Below, piece by piece: positions 38,608-48,763 of a stretch of 64,000 bases of DNA (positions within the stretch are counted from its first letter, which is position 1; every line of letters starts with the position of its first letter). The translations under genes and the position numbers were made by a program. The notes beneath the pieces are model-generated. The model saw only the letters and a program-made list of their open reading frames with translations. It had not been told where the DNA came from and searched no databases. Origin of the DNA: Candidatus Latescibacterota bacterium (GTDB lineage Bacteria > Latescibacterota > UBA2968 > UBA8231); the NCBI GenBank assembly GCA_965221775.1, contig CBDCSU010000006.1:2531206-2595205 (forward strand), read 5' to 3'.

Positions 38608-38743
38608 CGCACCGGCTCATCGGCAGGGGACGCGAGGCCGGCCGCCTCCAGGCGGGGATCGAGCGCCCGGACCTGCGGGGTCCCCGGGAGCCGCGCCGCC
38701 AGGGCCTGCCGTCCGCCGGCAGCCCGGGGCGGTCGTCCCGCCC

Positions 38744-41700
38744 TCAGGGCTGGTCGGGCAGGGAATCCGGCGCCGGACTCTGCAGGGCGCCCAGCACCTG
38801 CGCCGCCAGGCTCATGTCAACCCCCCGCGCCCGGGCCGCCGCCAGGTGCTCCGCCGCTTCCGCCCGGCGCTCCCCCGCGGCCAGGGCCACGACCAGGTTG
38901 TTGCAGGCCGCCCGGTTCCGCGGAGCCAGACGGACCGCCTCGAGAAAGTGGTGGACGGCGTCGTCCAGTCGGCCCTCGGCGTCGAGGAGCACGCCGGCGG
39001 CGATGTGGGCCCGGACGTAGTCGGGTCTCAGCCTGAGGGCCTCTTGCAGCGCCGCCAGGGCCTCGGACCTCCGGTCCTGCCCGGCAAGCAGGGTGCCCAG
39101 GCTGTAGTGCGCCTCCGCGAGGCCGGGATCGGCGTCGAGGGCCCGCCGATACTGGGTGTCGGCGGCCACCGGGTCCCCCTGCCGGCGCCGGATGTTGCCC
39201 AGGCCCAGGTGGGCTCCGGCCGAGCCGGGAGCCAGCTCGAGGGCGCGCTCAAGGGCCGCGGCGGCTCCGGCCAGATCACCCGCGGCGGCCAGTACCAGGC
39301 CCAGGTCCTGGTGGGCCCTCGGTCGGTCGGGCTGCTGCAGGATGGCGCGGCGGAGCACCCGGGCGGCCCTGGCGTGGAGGCCGGCCTTGGCCTGGCGGTC
39401 CGCGAGCCCCACAAGCTCGCGGTAGGTGCGCCCTTCCAGGGCCGTCTCCTCGACCCGGGCCAGGCGGCCGGTGCGCTCCAGAAGGATCCGGAGCCCGGGG
39501 TGGTCCGGCCGCAGGTCCCGGGCGCTCTCGAGGTGGGCCTGCCATCCCGGTTGCCGCCGCTCCCGCCGCAGGGTCGCCTCCATCACCAGGGCGCTCGCCG
39601 CGCGCGTGCGCTCGAGCGCTTCGAGGAACCCTCGGTCCCGCACCGGGTCGAGCCCCGCCAGATGGCCCGTCACCGGCCGGCGATGACGCGCCAGCAGCTC
39701 GTAGACCGCCAGCTGGCCGTGCAGGCTCGGCTTGGACGGGGCGAACTCGAGCACCGGCCTGTCCACGGTGTGCAGTGGCACCCCGGTCAGCTCGCCGGCC
39801 AGGGCGGTCTCGTCGGTGAGGAAGCAGTCGAGCAGGAGAACGGGGTCGCCGAGGTGCACCGGGGCGAGTCCGGCGGCGGCCCGATCGGCGAAGCGGTCCA
39901 GGAAGTCCGCCGCGTCGATGCGCAGCGGTTCGGTCGAGCCGACGAGAAGGGCGTGCTTGGTGTAGTGGGTGTTGGCTGCCCAGATCGTGAAGTGGGGGAA
40001 GACGGAGTGGAAGGTGCGCAGGATGGTGAGGAAGCTCTCCAGCCGCATGTCCAGCGGCAGCCAGCTCGTCATCAGGCCGCCGGGCCGCAGGCGGTCCCGT
40101 CCGGCGGCGAAGTGCTCCCGCGTGTAGAGGCCGGAGTTGCCGGCGTAGTACGGCCAGATCGAGTCGTTCAGGATGAGGTCATAGCTCCGCCGGGAGAGGC
40201 GCAGGAAGCCGGCGCCGTCGGTGATGAAGGGGGTCACCGAAGGACGGTGCAGGACGCCGTGGTTGATGTCGCCGAAGAAGGCGTCGGCCTCGTCGAGCAC
40301 CGACCGGCTGATCTCGGCCACGTCGAGGGAGCAGCCCGGGTAGCCGGTGAGGATGTGGGCCGTCTCGCCCGACCCGAAGCCGATCTGCAGCACCTGCCGG
40401 GGCCCGGGGTGCAGCAGCGCCGGGATGTGGGCCTGCAGCATCTGCGTGGTGCGCAGGGTCAGGGTCGTTCCCGCCACGTTGATCGAGCCGGTGGAGATCA
40501 CGCGGTCGCCGCTGGGCAGCTCGTGCACGGTGGTGATGCCCCCGGCGCCCTCCCGCGCGTGCAGGATGCGCGTGCGGCTGTCCACCTCTCGCTCGCCGGC
40601 GTTGTAGAGCCCGAAGAGCAGGTCCGACGGCAGCGCCAGCAGGCCCAGGCCCGCGGCGGCCCAGGCGCCGGCGAGGGCGCGGGGCCAGCCCTTCCCCCTG
40701 CGCCGGACACCGGCAGGTGCCGCCCCGAGGACGGCCGCCGCCAGCGCCAGATTGACCAGGGCGAGCAGGATCAGGCTGTGCTGGGTCCCGAGCAGGGGCG
40801 CCAGGCAGAAGCCGGCGACCAGCGAGCCGAGGACGGCCCCCGCCGTGTTGGCGGCATAGACGCGCCCCACGGCCTCGCCCACACCTCGTCCGGCGCCCGC
40901 CAGGCGCGCCACCAGGGGCAGGGACATGCCCATCATCAGCGTCGGCGGCAGCATGACGGCCGCCGACAGCCCGAGCTGGCGAAGGGTGCGGGCTCCCCAC
41001 GAACCGTCCTGGGCCACGGAGACCCCCTCGAGACCGCCGATGACGAAGATCGACAGCAGGGCCGAGAGGCCGATCCCGGCCTGCAGTCCGCTCAGCCGGC
41101 GCCAGGCGGAGGCGGGACCTCGCTCGCGGGCGCGCCGCTCCCAGGCGCCCAGCAGCAGCCCTCCGAATCCGAGGCCGCTGAGGAAGGTGGTCAGCATCAC
41201 GGAGAAGGCGTAGGTCGTGGTCTTGAGCTTGAAGACCAGCAGCCGCGTCCACAGGACCTCGTAGCCGAGGGCGGCGAACCCGGAGGCCGCCGCGATCCCG
41301 AGGAGCAGGAGTCCGGCGGGCGGCGATTCCGCCGGGGAAGCCGCCCCGGGCCCCGGCGCCCTGGTCCCGTGCCTCCGGTGGGCCGCGCGCAGGGCCAGGA
41401 AGGCGGCCGCCAGCAGCAGGTTGAGGGCGGCCCCCGCGGCGATGCTGCCGCGCACGCCGAGATGCTCCACCAGGAAGAACCCGGTGATCAGACAGCCGGC
41501 CGCCGCGCCCGCCGTGTTCAGTCCGTAGAGCGCCCCCACGCCGCCTGCCAGGTCGCGAGTCTCCCGGACCACGTGGCGGCTGAGCACCGGCAGCGTGCCG
41601 CCCATGAGGAAGCTGGGAACCAGCAGCAGGAGGAAGGCCAGCAGGCCGCGGCAGACCGTCAGCAGCCAGAGGCTGTGCGGGGCGGCCCGGAAGAGGACGC

Positions 41701-41992
41701 CGTACACCTCGTCCAGCCGGTCCAGGACCGGGATGACGGCCACCGCCGAGAGGGCGATTCCCAGCTCCAGGACGGCGTAGAGTCCGAGTTCGTCTCCGGG
41801 GCGCCGGTCGACCCGGCGGCCGAAGAACCAGCTGCCCAGAGCCAACCCGGCCATGAACGCGGCGAGGACGGCGCTGACCGCGTAGGTCGTGTTGCCGAAG
41901 ATGAAGGCGAAGGCCCGCGTCCAGGCGACCTCGTGGATCAGCCCGGTCACGCCGGACAGCAGGAAGAGGACGTAGAGCGCCACCTCAGGCAC
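38744..41992 (-). CDS. Fused MFS-like membrane domain/spermidine synthase-like domain + TPR
   Basis: LSG...LI.EVAW.R...FG.T.YA, two Y..NT.G repeats, VLQIGFGSGET, YDLILND, LYTREHF, LRPGG and TPRs. Confidence 0.88.
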   Translation of the reverse strand: MPEVALYVLFLLSGVTGLIHEVAWTRAFAFIFGNTTYAVSAVLAAFMAGLALGSWFFGRRVDRRPGDELGLYAVLELGIALSAVAVIPVLDRLDEVYGVLFRAAPHSLWLLTVCRGLLAFLLLLVPSFLMGGTLPVLSRHVVRETRDLAGGVGALYGLNTAGAAAGCLITGFFLVEHLGVRGSIAAGAALNLLLAAAFLALRAAHRRHGTRAPGPGAASPAESPPAGLLLLGIAAASGFAALGYEVLWTRLLVFKLKTTTYAFSVMLTTFLSGLGFGGLLLGAWERRARERGPASAWRRLSGLQAGIGLSALLSIFVIGGLEGVSVAQDGSWGARTLRQLGLSAAVMLPPTLMMGMSLPLVARLAGAGRGVGEAVGRVYAANTAGAVLGSLVAGFCLAPLLGTQHSLILLALVNLALAAAVLGAAPAGVRRRGKGWPRALAGAWAAAGLGLLALPSDLLFGLYNAGEREVDSRTRILHAREGAGGITTVHELPSGDRVISTGSINVAGTTLTLRTTQMLQAHIPALLHPGPRQVLQIGFGSGETAHILTGYPGCSLDVAEISRSVLDEADAFFGDINHGVLHRPSVTPFITDGAGFLRLSRRSYDLILNDSIWPYYAGNSGLYTREHFAAGRDRLRPGGLMTSWLPLDMRLESFLTILRTFHSVFPHFTIWAANTHYTKHALLVGSTEPLRIDAADFLDRFADRAAAGLAPVHLGDPVLLLDCFLTDETALAGELTGVPLHTVDRPVLEFAPSKPSLHGQLAVYELLARHRRPVTGHLAGLDPVRDRGFLEALERTRAASALVMEATLRRERRQPGWQAHLESARDLRPDHPGLRILLERTGRLARVEETALEGRTYRELVGLADRQAKAGLHARAARVLRRAILQQPDRPRAHQDLGLVLAAAGDLAGAAAALERALELAPGSAGAHLGLGNIRRRQGDPVAADTQYRRALDADPGLAEAHYSLGTLLAGQDRRSEALAALQEALRLRPDYVRAHIAAGVLLDAEGRLDDAVHHFLEAVRLAPRNRAACNNLVVALAAGERRAEAAEHLAAARARGVDMSLAAQVLGALQSPAPDSLPDQP

Positions 41993-43559
41993 CCAGGCGC
42001 CGCAGGGCGGCGTCGAGCCCGGGGAGGCGCCGCGGCGGGACGTAGGAGACGGCCTTGCGCAGGAAGGCGAGCCCCCCGGCGCGGCGGAAGCGCTCCCGGT
42101 CGGCGGGGGTCAGGCGCGTGAACAGGGCCAGCTGCTCCTGGATCAGTCCGGCGACGCGTTCGCGCAGCAGCGGCGGCGGCGAGAGGTAGGGCATGTTGCG
42201 CAGGAAGTAGATCAGGTCGTTGCGGGCGAGGGCGTCGGCGAGCCGGGTGTACCCGAGGCGGTCCCGGCAGGACTCGAACCCGGCCGCCGGCCGCGGCGGC
42301 CCCCAGGCGGAAGCCGGACCGCGGGCGGCCATCTGCTCGACCAGGGTCCGGGCCAGCAGGTAGTGGCCGTAGGCGGTGGGGTGCAGGTAGTCGGTCATCA
42401 GCTCGTCCCCGACGATGCGGCCTGGAGAGGCGGCGGCGAAGGCGGCCTCCACGTCGGCGACGATCACGTTGGCGTGGCGGCGGCCGGTCTCGCGCACGAC
42501 CTCGTTGAAGACCGACGGCGCGCGGAAGGGCACCCGGTCCTGGTCGCGGGCGAGTGCGTAGGAGGCCAGGGCCTCGCGGTCTCTCCCCTCCATCCTCAGC
42601 AGCCGGGCCAGCTCGAAGTGGGCGGCGGCGCAGTAGGGAGACCTCCTCAGCGCTTCCCTGGCCAGGGTCCGCACCCGCTCCGGCCGGCCCTGACGGAGGA
42701 GGTCGTCCGCCTCGGCCGCCAGCTCCGGGCCGGCGAGCTCGCCGCCGCAGTCCGACCGCAGGGGATAGAATCCGGCGAGGTTGGACGCCAGGGTCCCCAG
42801 CAGGACCGGGACGCCCCTGTCGGCGGCTGCCTCCGCCAGGTCGTCGAGGTTGGCGCGGTAGTTGTCCACGGTGCTCCCGTAGCTGTCGTCGGTCCAGTCG
42901 ATCTGGTCGGTCACCAGGTGGAGGCCGAAGCGGGGCGGCTCCCTCCCGGCCAGCGAGGACAGACCGAAGAACACCTCCTTGGCGCCGTGGAGGAGCCTGA
43001 ACCCCTGCAGTTGCATGTGTGTCCGGATCAGCGATCGCTCCTGGCCCAGACGGACGAAGGGCGTCGTCGGGCCGTAGGGTCCGACGAACTCGTTGTGGCC
43101 CATGTAGACGACGAGCAGGTCGGGATCGTAGTCGAGGACCTCGCGCGCGAAGTCGAGGACGCAGTGGCTGTTGACCGCGGTGATCCCGCAGTTGACGACC
43201 TCGAACCCCCGGTCCGGAAAGGCATCGCCGAGCATGAGTTGCAGGAAGCGCGGGAAGTCGAGGCCGGGGGCGTTGGGGAACCCCACGAGGGTTGAGCCGC
43301 CGAGGGCGAAGATGCGCACCGTGTCCGGCGGCTTGCCGGCGAAGAAGTCGAGGGCCACCGGCCGGCGGCGCAGATGGGGCGGGAAGAAGCGGTGCGTGAC
43401 CTCGGGGTTGGCCTTGTAGGATCCCGTGGTCTCGTCGAGCAGGAAGAGGCGGTTCGGCGGGCCGTAACCGACCGCCCGGAGGCCGAGTTCCGCCAGCCCG
43501 ATGACGCCGAAGCCCCCCAGCAGGGCCAGCAGGTTGGCCCGGGAGAGCCGGGGTATCAG
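41985..43559 (-). CDS. SGNH/GDSL-hydrolase-like membrane-anchored protein with TPR; probable non-ATG start
   Basis: RIFALGGST, VVNCG, YMGHNE and DYLHP. The frame stays open 67 codons upstream of the tracked GTG and encodes a TM anchor (LAELGLRAVGYG). Confidence 0.8.
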   Translation of the reverse strand: MIPRLSRANLLALLGGFGVIGLAELGLRAVGYGPPNRLFLLDETTGSYKANPEVTHRFFPPHLRRRPVALDFFAGKPPDTVRIFALGGSTLVGFPNAPGLDFPRFLQLMLGDAFPDRGFEVVNCGITAVNSHCVLDFAREVLDYDPDLLVVYMGHNEFVGPYGPTTPFVRLGQERSLIRTHMQLQGFRLLHGAKEVFFGLSSLAGREPPRFGLHLVTDQIDWTDDSYGSTVDNYRANLDDLAEAAADRGVPVLLGTLASNLAGFYPLRSDCGGELAGPELAAEADDLLRQGRPERVRTLAREALRRSPYCAAAHFELARLLRMEGRDREALASYALARDQDRVPFRAPSVFNEVVRETGRRHANVIVADVEAAFAAASPGRIVGDELMTDYLHPTAYGHYLLARTLVEQMAARGPASAWGPPRPAAGFESCRDRLGYTRLADALARNDLIYFLRNMPYLSPPPLLRERVAGLIQEQLALFTRLTPADRERFRRAGGLAFLRKAVSYVPPRRLPGLDAALRRLGA

Positions 43560-46500
43560 TAGGCGACGGCGATGAGCCGTTGGTCAGCCTTTCTCGAGGC
43601 GCCGGCGGCGTCGACGTCGACCACCACGCGGCACAGGTACAGGCCCGGAGCGACGCGGTTGCCGGAGCCGTCGGAGCCGTCCCACTGGAAGCGCTGGTCG
43701 CCGAAGGTGAGGCGCTTCTCCCGCCACACCAGGCGCCCGCTGAGGTCGTGGATCCGCACCTCCACGGGGCGCGCCACGTTGACGTTGCCCACCGAGAACC
43801 GGACCTCGGTGAGGTCGTTGATGCCGTCGCCGTTGGGGGTGAACGTCCTCGGCTCGACCTCGATGCCGCGCACCACCTGCGGGCTGATGGGAACGGCGAT
43901 GCTGAGGCCGTCTCCCGGCTGCAGGAGGGTTGCGTTCCCCGGGTCGACCCTCTGCCAGCCGCTCCCCCCCTCGGAGTCGCGGATGGCCACGTCGAGGGTT
44001 GTTCCGTTGAGCAGCACCTTGGCGCGGAAAGCGATGCGGACCAGCTCGCCAGCGGCCTGCACGCGCCCTCGCTCGGCCTGCGGCAACTGGTTGTACGCGG
44101 CTTCGGTGAGGCGCAACCCCTCGCGGTCGTACGGGAACTCGCCCCCGGAGCCGACGAGCTTGCGGAAGTAGCGGACCTCTCCCTTGGTGGAGTCCGGCAG
44201 GGCCCGGTAGTCGAACTCTTCCACTGCTTCCTGCAGGGGGTCGCCCTCGTCGGTGTGCCCGGTGATCTGGAAGTACAGGATCCTCCCCCGCTGCTCCATG
44301 GGCAGGCCCAGGTAGGTCAGCTCCTTCAGGATGCGGCCGTCCTCGTCCACCGGCACCTCTTCGTCGACCTCGAGGATCTTCCGGTAGAAGAGCCGGTCGC
44401 CGTCGCCCGCGGGCAGGGAGTCAACCCTCCGCGGCAGTCTCAGCAGCACCCGGGAAGCCTCCTCGGGATCCGGCGCGGGGATCCCCGGCAGGCCTCCCTG
44501 CAGCACCTTGAGGGTGTCGCCCGAGGAGGGGTCGAGGAGGGCCAGGAAGGGGCCTTCGTCGCCCTCGAACCAGTTCGTCGGAGCCCCGGTGTCCGGATCG
44601 GTCCGCGACGCCGGCTCCGAGAACTGCTGGGCCGTGCCGCCGTCCTCCATGTCCCCGTCGGCGCCGATGGTGATGTGGAGCAGCTCGAACTCCTGTATCG
44701 GGTCGGCGTCGACCAGGACCTCGTCGAAACGGCTGCTCGGCTCGCCGTCCGGATCCTCCTCGATGAAGGTGGGCCGCACGAAGAGTTCGAAGACCTCCAT
44801 GTGGCCCGGCGTCGCCTCCGAGGGCCACACCTCGGCCAGGGAGCTGGCGGCCGCCGGCGGCAGCAGCTCCACCTCGATGGAGCGCAGGGTGGCGGCGAGA
44901 TCCGGCGTCTGCGACAGCAGCCGCGCCTGGATCTGCAGGTACCTTCTCGGGCTCGGCGAGGTCACGCGCTGGCCGGGGGTCAGGTAGCGCTGGCTCCAGG
45001 AACTCCAGCCGCCCCCGGGGACCCGCCGGGGCACGATGGGACCCTTGAAGCTGGTGGGAAGCTTGTTGTACTCGTCCTCGGTCTTGGGCTCGCCGCCGCT
45101 GCCGTAGTACTCGGTCACGTCCACCAGGCGGTCGCCGGTGCGGGTGCGGATCTCCGCGTCGACCAACTCCGGATCCGGCACCTCCGCCTCCCAGGAGATG
45201 GCGCCGAGAAAGGTCGCACTCGGCAGCTCGATGATCGGAGAGGTGAGGGTTACCTGGGAGGGATAGCCCTCGCCGTAGATCTGGAACTCCCGGATGCGGT
45301 CGCCGGTGTTGTATCCGCCCGCCCGGCCCGGTGCGTCGGAGAAGATCTGGGTGCGTATGTAGCGCACCGGCGCCGGCTCCGACAGGGAGATCTGGAGGTC
45401 GTTGCGCCCCTGCCCGCTCGGATCGCGGTCGATCTCGGTGAAGCGCAGGTTGCCGTTCGGGTCGCGGCTGCCGTCGGAGATCCAGGTGACGACCTCGTCG
45501 ACGCCGTTGAACCAGCCCACCATGCGGAAGAAGTCGAGCCAGAAGCGGGCCCCCAGGTCGAGGTTCAGGATGCCCCGGTCGTGGTAGCGGGGGTCCGAGG
45601 ACCACACGAGCTGCAGGTATTGGGTCTCGTGGAGACCGTCGAAACCCGGGGCGGCGACGCGGCTCCCCGTCAGGGCGACGCTGCCGCCGCCGTCGATCAC
45701 GCCGAGGGAGATGTTGTCCCCCTGCGTCCAGACCTCGATATCGGCCAGCCGCGGGCGTTCGCGCTGGTAGTAGACGAGAGAGCCCTTGCGTTCGTCGTCG
45801 ACCTTGTCGTAGACCTCCCTGGCCACCCGGGTCTCGGTCCCGGCGGCGTTCAGGATGTGGTACTCGATGCTGCCGCGGTCCTCCAGGGGCAGGGACAGGT
45901 ACTCCTCCTCCGAGGCCAGCCGGCGGAAGCGGTCGAAGCGGCTGTCGGTGACGGCGATGCGCAGGCGGGAGAGCTGCAGGTAGCCGCCCGGGGAATCGAA
46001 GTCGACCACGGCGTCGGAGCCCACCTCCGGGATCGCCGGACCCGAGCCGACCTCGAAGGTGACGACCTGGTGGTCCTCGTTCGGGGTGTTGGTGCGGGCG
46101 ATCAGCCCCAGGGAGGCGTCGCGCCGGTGCGAGGGCGTGCCGAGGATGCGGAACTGGCGGAAGGGCTCGCCCACCTCGGGGTCGGCGAAGCGCAGCACGA
46201 TGAACCGCACCGGCAGGACCCTGCCGAGCTCGATGTCGACGTACCACTCGTCCAGGTCGTGGCTGTGGAACTCCACCTGCCGACGTCCGGCGGACGCCGC
46301 GGCCCAGGCCAGCGAGTCGACCCGCGTCAGCTCCCCTCCCTCATCCGGAGCGAGGAAGATCTTGGGGCCGCGCTTGGACTGGGGCAGGTCCAGCCACTCC
46401 CCTTCGGAGATCAGGGTCGTCGGCTCCCAGTAGGTGGAGGGATCGCCGTCGAGGATGTTGGTGGCCGACTCGGCATTGCGCGGCGTGTAGCGGATGCCGC

Positions 46501-46945
46501 CGTAGTAATAGAACCACTCGATCGGGTCTCCGGCCTTGATGCCCTTCTTCTCGTTGTCCTTGAGGTGCACGATGGGGACGCCGGCCACCGAGGCCGCCTG
46601 GGAGCGGATGTTCAGAGGCATGGCCCCTCCCTCCCGGTTGACGTCCTTGGCCAGCTTGTCGAGGGCCCTCTGGTCGCCGATGAGGCTCGTGAACTGGTCC
46701 ATGCCGGGGATGGCGTCGATCCGCTTGCGAACCAGCAAGGGGCGAACGAATCCGCCCTCCGGGTCGATCTCGGTCGCGTGGCTCGGCCGGCGCCAGGCGC
46801 CCCAGTCATCGGACCGGTCGATGATGATACGGTCCCCGCTGATCCGGAACCCGTCGGCGGCTCCCGCCCCGGTGGCAGACCCGAGGCCGGCTCCCATGGC
46901 GATGACCCCCCACCAGCCCCCCCATCCAAAGGCTCGACGTCTCAT
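43556..46945 (-). CDS. Large secreted protein, discoidin-like domains + C-terminal FlgD/gliding-motility-type domain (paralog 1)
   Basis: Signal peptide, RTRTG, WSSWSQRY, SPSPRRYLQ, EVWP, FTPNGDGIND, DLSGRLV, WDG, PGLY and a terminal VAY. Confidence 0.8.
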   Translation of the reverse strand: MRRRAFGWGGWWGVIAMGAGLGSATGAGAADGFRISGDRIIIDRSDDWGAWRRPSHATEIDPEGGFVRPLLVRKRIDAIPGMDQFTSLIGDQRALDKLAKDVNREGGAMPLNIRSQAASVAGVPIVHLKDNEKKGIKAGDPIEWFYYYGGIRYTPRNAESATNILDGDPSTYWEPTTLISEGEWLDLPQSKRGPKIFLAPDEGGELTRVDSLAWAAASAGRRQVEFHSHDLDEWYVDIELGRVLPVRFIVLRFADPEVGEPFRQFRILGTPSHRRDASLGLIARTNTPNEDHQVVTFEVGSGPAIPEVGSDAVVDFDSPGGYLQLSRLRIAVTDSRFDRFRRLASEEEYLSLPLEDRGSIEYHILNAAGTETRVAREVYDKVDDERKGSLVYYQRERPRLADIEVWTQGDNISLGVIDGGGSVALTGSRVAAPGFDGLHETQYLQLVWSSDPRYHDRGILNLDLGARFWLDFFRMVGWFNGVDEVVTWISDGSRDPNGNLRFTEIDRDPSGQGRNDLQISLSEPAPVRYIRTQIFSDAPGRAGGYNTGDRIREFQIYGEGYPSQVTLTSPIIELPSATFLGAISWEAEVPDPELVDAEIRTRTGDRLVDVTEYYGSGGEPKTEDEYNKLPTSFKGPIVPRRVPGGGWSSWSQRYLTPGQRVTSPSPRRYLQIQARLLSQTPDLAATLRSIEVELLPPAAASSLAEVWPSEATPGHMEVFELFVRPTFIEEDPDGEPSSRFDEVLVDADPIQEFELLHITIGADGDMEDGGTAQQFSEPASRTDPDTGAPTNWFEGDEGPFLALLDPSSGDTLKVLQGGLPGIPAPDPEEASRVLLRLPRRVDSLPAGDGDRLFYRKILEVDEEVPVDEDGRILKELTYLGLPMEQRGRILYFQITGHTDEGDPLQEAVEEFDYRALPDSTKGEVRYFRKLVGSGGEFPYDREGLRLTEAAYNQLPQAERGRVQAAGELVRIAFRAKVLLNGTTLDVAIRDSEGGSGWQRVDPGNATLLQPGDGLSIAVPISPQVVRGIEVEPRTFTPNGDGINDLTEVRFSVGNVNVARPVEVRIHDLSGRLVWREKRLTFGDQRFQWDGSDGSGNRVAPGLYLCRVVVDVDAAGASRKADQRLIAVAY

Positions 46946-47033
46946 CGGCAAGCATCCTCGCAGGCCGCGCCTCGGCAACCCGGCGCGGCGGTGGCTGAAG
47001 GCGCCGGGAATGTAACACATGGAGTCCCCCCGG

Positions 47034-48737
47034 TCACGCTTCGTCCTCAGGGACGAGGTTCGCCAGCAGGGCCTCCGGGAGGGCGGCCCCGAGACGGTCA
47101 TCGAAGACCTCGATCTCCCCCTGCCGGCGCCCTCTCTCGGTCGCCAGCCAGTCCTCGAAAAGCTGCCGCTGGAGGCCGGCCAGAAGCGAGGCCCGGGCCC
47201 GCGGCCGGGCCTCGTCGAAGCTCTGGAACCTCTCCGGCTCCCTGCGGACGACCTTGATCAACACCCAGGCCCTGCCCTGCAGCAGCGATACCGGTCCCGT
47301 CACCACGCCGACGGGCGCATCCTCCAGGGCGGACCAGAGCCCGGGAAGCACCTGCCGGGACATGCTGTTGGCGCAGAGCAGGCCGTCGGCCCGGCGCTTC
47401 CGGATCTTGTTGCCCCTGAGTCGGGAGAGATCGAGCAGTTGGACGTCGTCGTCGATCTGGCCGAGAACCTCCTCGGCCTCCTCGCGGCTCGGGAACAGGA
47501 TCTCGTCGAAACAGACCTCCTCGGGCAGGCGGAAGCTCTCCCGGTGCTCGTCGTAGTAGGTCCGCACCCGCTCACCGGTGGCCATGGAGTCGGCGCCGTC
47601 GACAATCTGCGAGCGCAGGGCCTGCAGCAGCTGTTCGCGCTGCACCTGGTCCCGCCACTGGACGATCTCCGGCTCCTCGCCGAGATCAAGGCGTTCGGCG
47701 TCGATCAGCAACAGGGCGCGGCCCTGGAGGAGGCGCTGCCCGAGGGCCGCGGCAAAGCCGCTGTCCGTCAGGGCCCGGGGGGTGCGCACCTTGTGCTCGC
47801 GAATCGCATCGAGGTAGTCCTCCACCGTACGGACCCCGCCCTCGAAGGTGAACAGCGGCGCCCGGGCCTCGGAGTGGGTCAGCTCCGGGATCCGGCGGTT
47901 GCCGGTGTCGAGCCCCGCCAGCAACGCCATACCGCCGGCATCCGGGGCCCAGTTCAACTCGCGGGCCAGCACCTCGACCTTCTGGTCCTCCATCTCCTGG
48001 CGGGCCTCCCGCATAAGCCGCTGCCGCACGCGGTCCCGCAGGGAGGGCTCGGTGGAGGTGCGGTCGTCGACGAAGCGGACCAGGCGCCAGCGGCCCTCCA
48101 GCGGCAGGGGCCGGGAGACCTCCCCGGTGGCCAGCGTGTCGAAGACCGCCGCCGGGATGCCCGCCCGCGGCGCCGTGAGGCGGTTGAGGTAGCCCACAAC
48201 GCCTCCCTGCGAGCCGGAGCCAGGGGCGCCCAGGTCCTCGAACCGCTGCCCGCCGGAGAGGGCGGCGCGGATGCGCAGCGCCTCCTCCTCCGACGGGACG
48301 AGGATCGCCTCCGCCAGGCGCTCCCGGTCGAGCCCCATCTCACGCATGCGGGCTTCGACCTCGTCGGAGGTCACCTCCGCGGGCGGGAACTCGCGCCGGC
48401 GGTAGAGGGCGAGGATCCGGTCCTCCACCTTGCGCCGCAATCGGCGCTGCAGCTGCGGATCCTCGTCCAGCCTTCGCGCCTCCGCCTCGAGCAGCATGAG
48501 CTCGCGGTCGATCAGCGTCTGCAGGTAGTCCCGGCGGGCCTCCTGTCCCTGCTTCGAGGTCCGAAGCCCCGGAGGCAGGGTCATGACGAACCGCCGCAGG
48601 GTTTCTTCGTCGATGGGCCGCTCCGCCACCCGGGCGACGACGGCCGGACCGCTCTCGCCGCAGCCGCTGCCCGTCAGCCCGAAAAGGAGGGTCAGCAGCC
48701 CCGCACCGGCTCTGCCGGCTCTTTGCATGATCATCAC
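47034..48737 (-). CDS. PpiC/SurA-like peptidyl-prolyl isomerase lipoprotein
   Basis: Lipobox GSGC, LIDRELMLLEA, two rotamase-like domains (ILVPSEEEA, GEVSRP, GVVTGPV) and SFDEAR. Confidence 0.8.
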   Translation of the reverse strand: MMIMQRAGRAGAGLLTLLFGLTGSGCGESGPAVVARVAERPIDEETLRRFVMTLPPGLRTSKQGQEARRDYLQTLIDRELMLLEAEARRLDEDPQLQRRLRRKVEDRILALYRRREFPPAEVTSDEVEARMREMGLDRERLAEAILVPSEEEALRIRAALSGGQRFEDLGAPGSGSQGGVVGYLNRLTAPRAGIPAAVFDTLATGEVSRPLPLEGRWRLVRFVDDRTSTEPSLRDRVRQRLMREARQEMEDQKVEVLARELNWAPDAGGMALLAGLDTGNRRIPELTHSEARAPLFTFEGGVRTVEDYLDAIREHKVRTPRALTDSGFAAALGQRLLQGRALLLIDAERLDLGEEPEIVQWRDQVQREQLLQALRSQIVDGADSMATGERVRTYYDEHRESFRLPEEVCFDEILFPSREEAEEVLGQIDDDVQLLDLSRLRGNKIRKRRADGLLCANSMSRQVLPGLWSALEDAPVGVVTGPVSLLQGRAWVLIKVVRREPERFQSFDEARPRARASLLAGLQRQLFEDWLATERGRRQGEIEVFDDRLGAALPEALLANLVPEDEA

Positions 48738-48763
48738 TCCACAACTCTATTCTGGGAAAGGGG

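Noticed and set aside
38744-41992. Housekeeping speE
   Set aside because: It is a multi-TM fusion with TPRs, a distinct uncharacterised family, so no gene symbol was assigned.
43580-47257. Very long ORFs antisense or out of frame to real genes (also 35463-39020, 38846-42121, 51527-54142, 58551-61757, 12049-14445, 62283-63971)
   Set aside because: Shadow ORFs typical of high-GC DNA. They have no recognisable motifs and overlap genes with clear family signatures.
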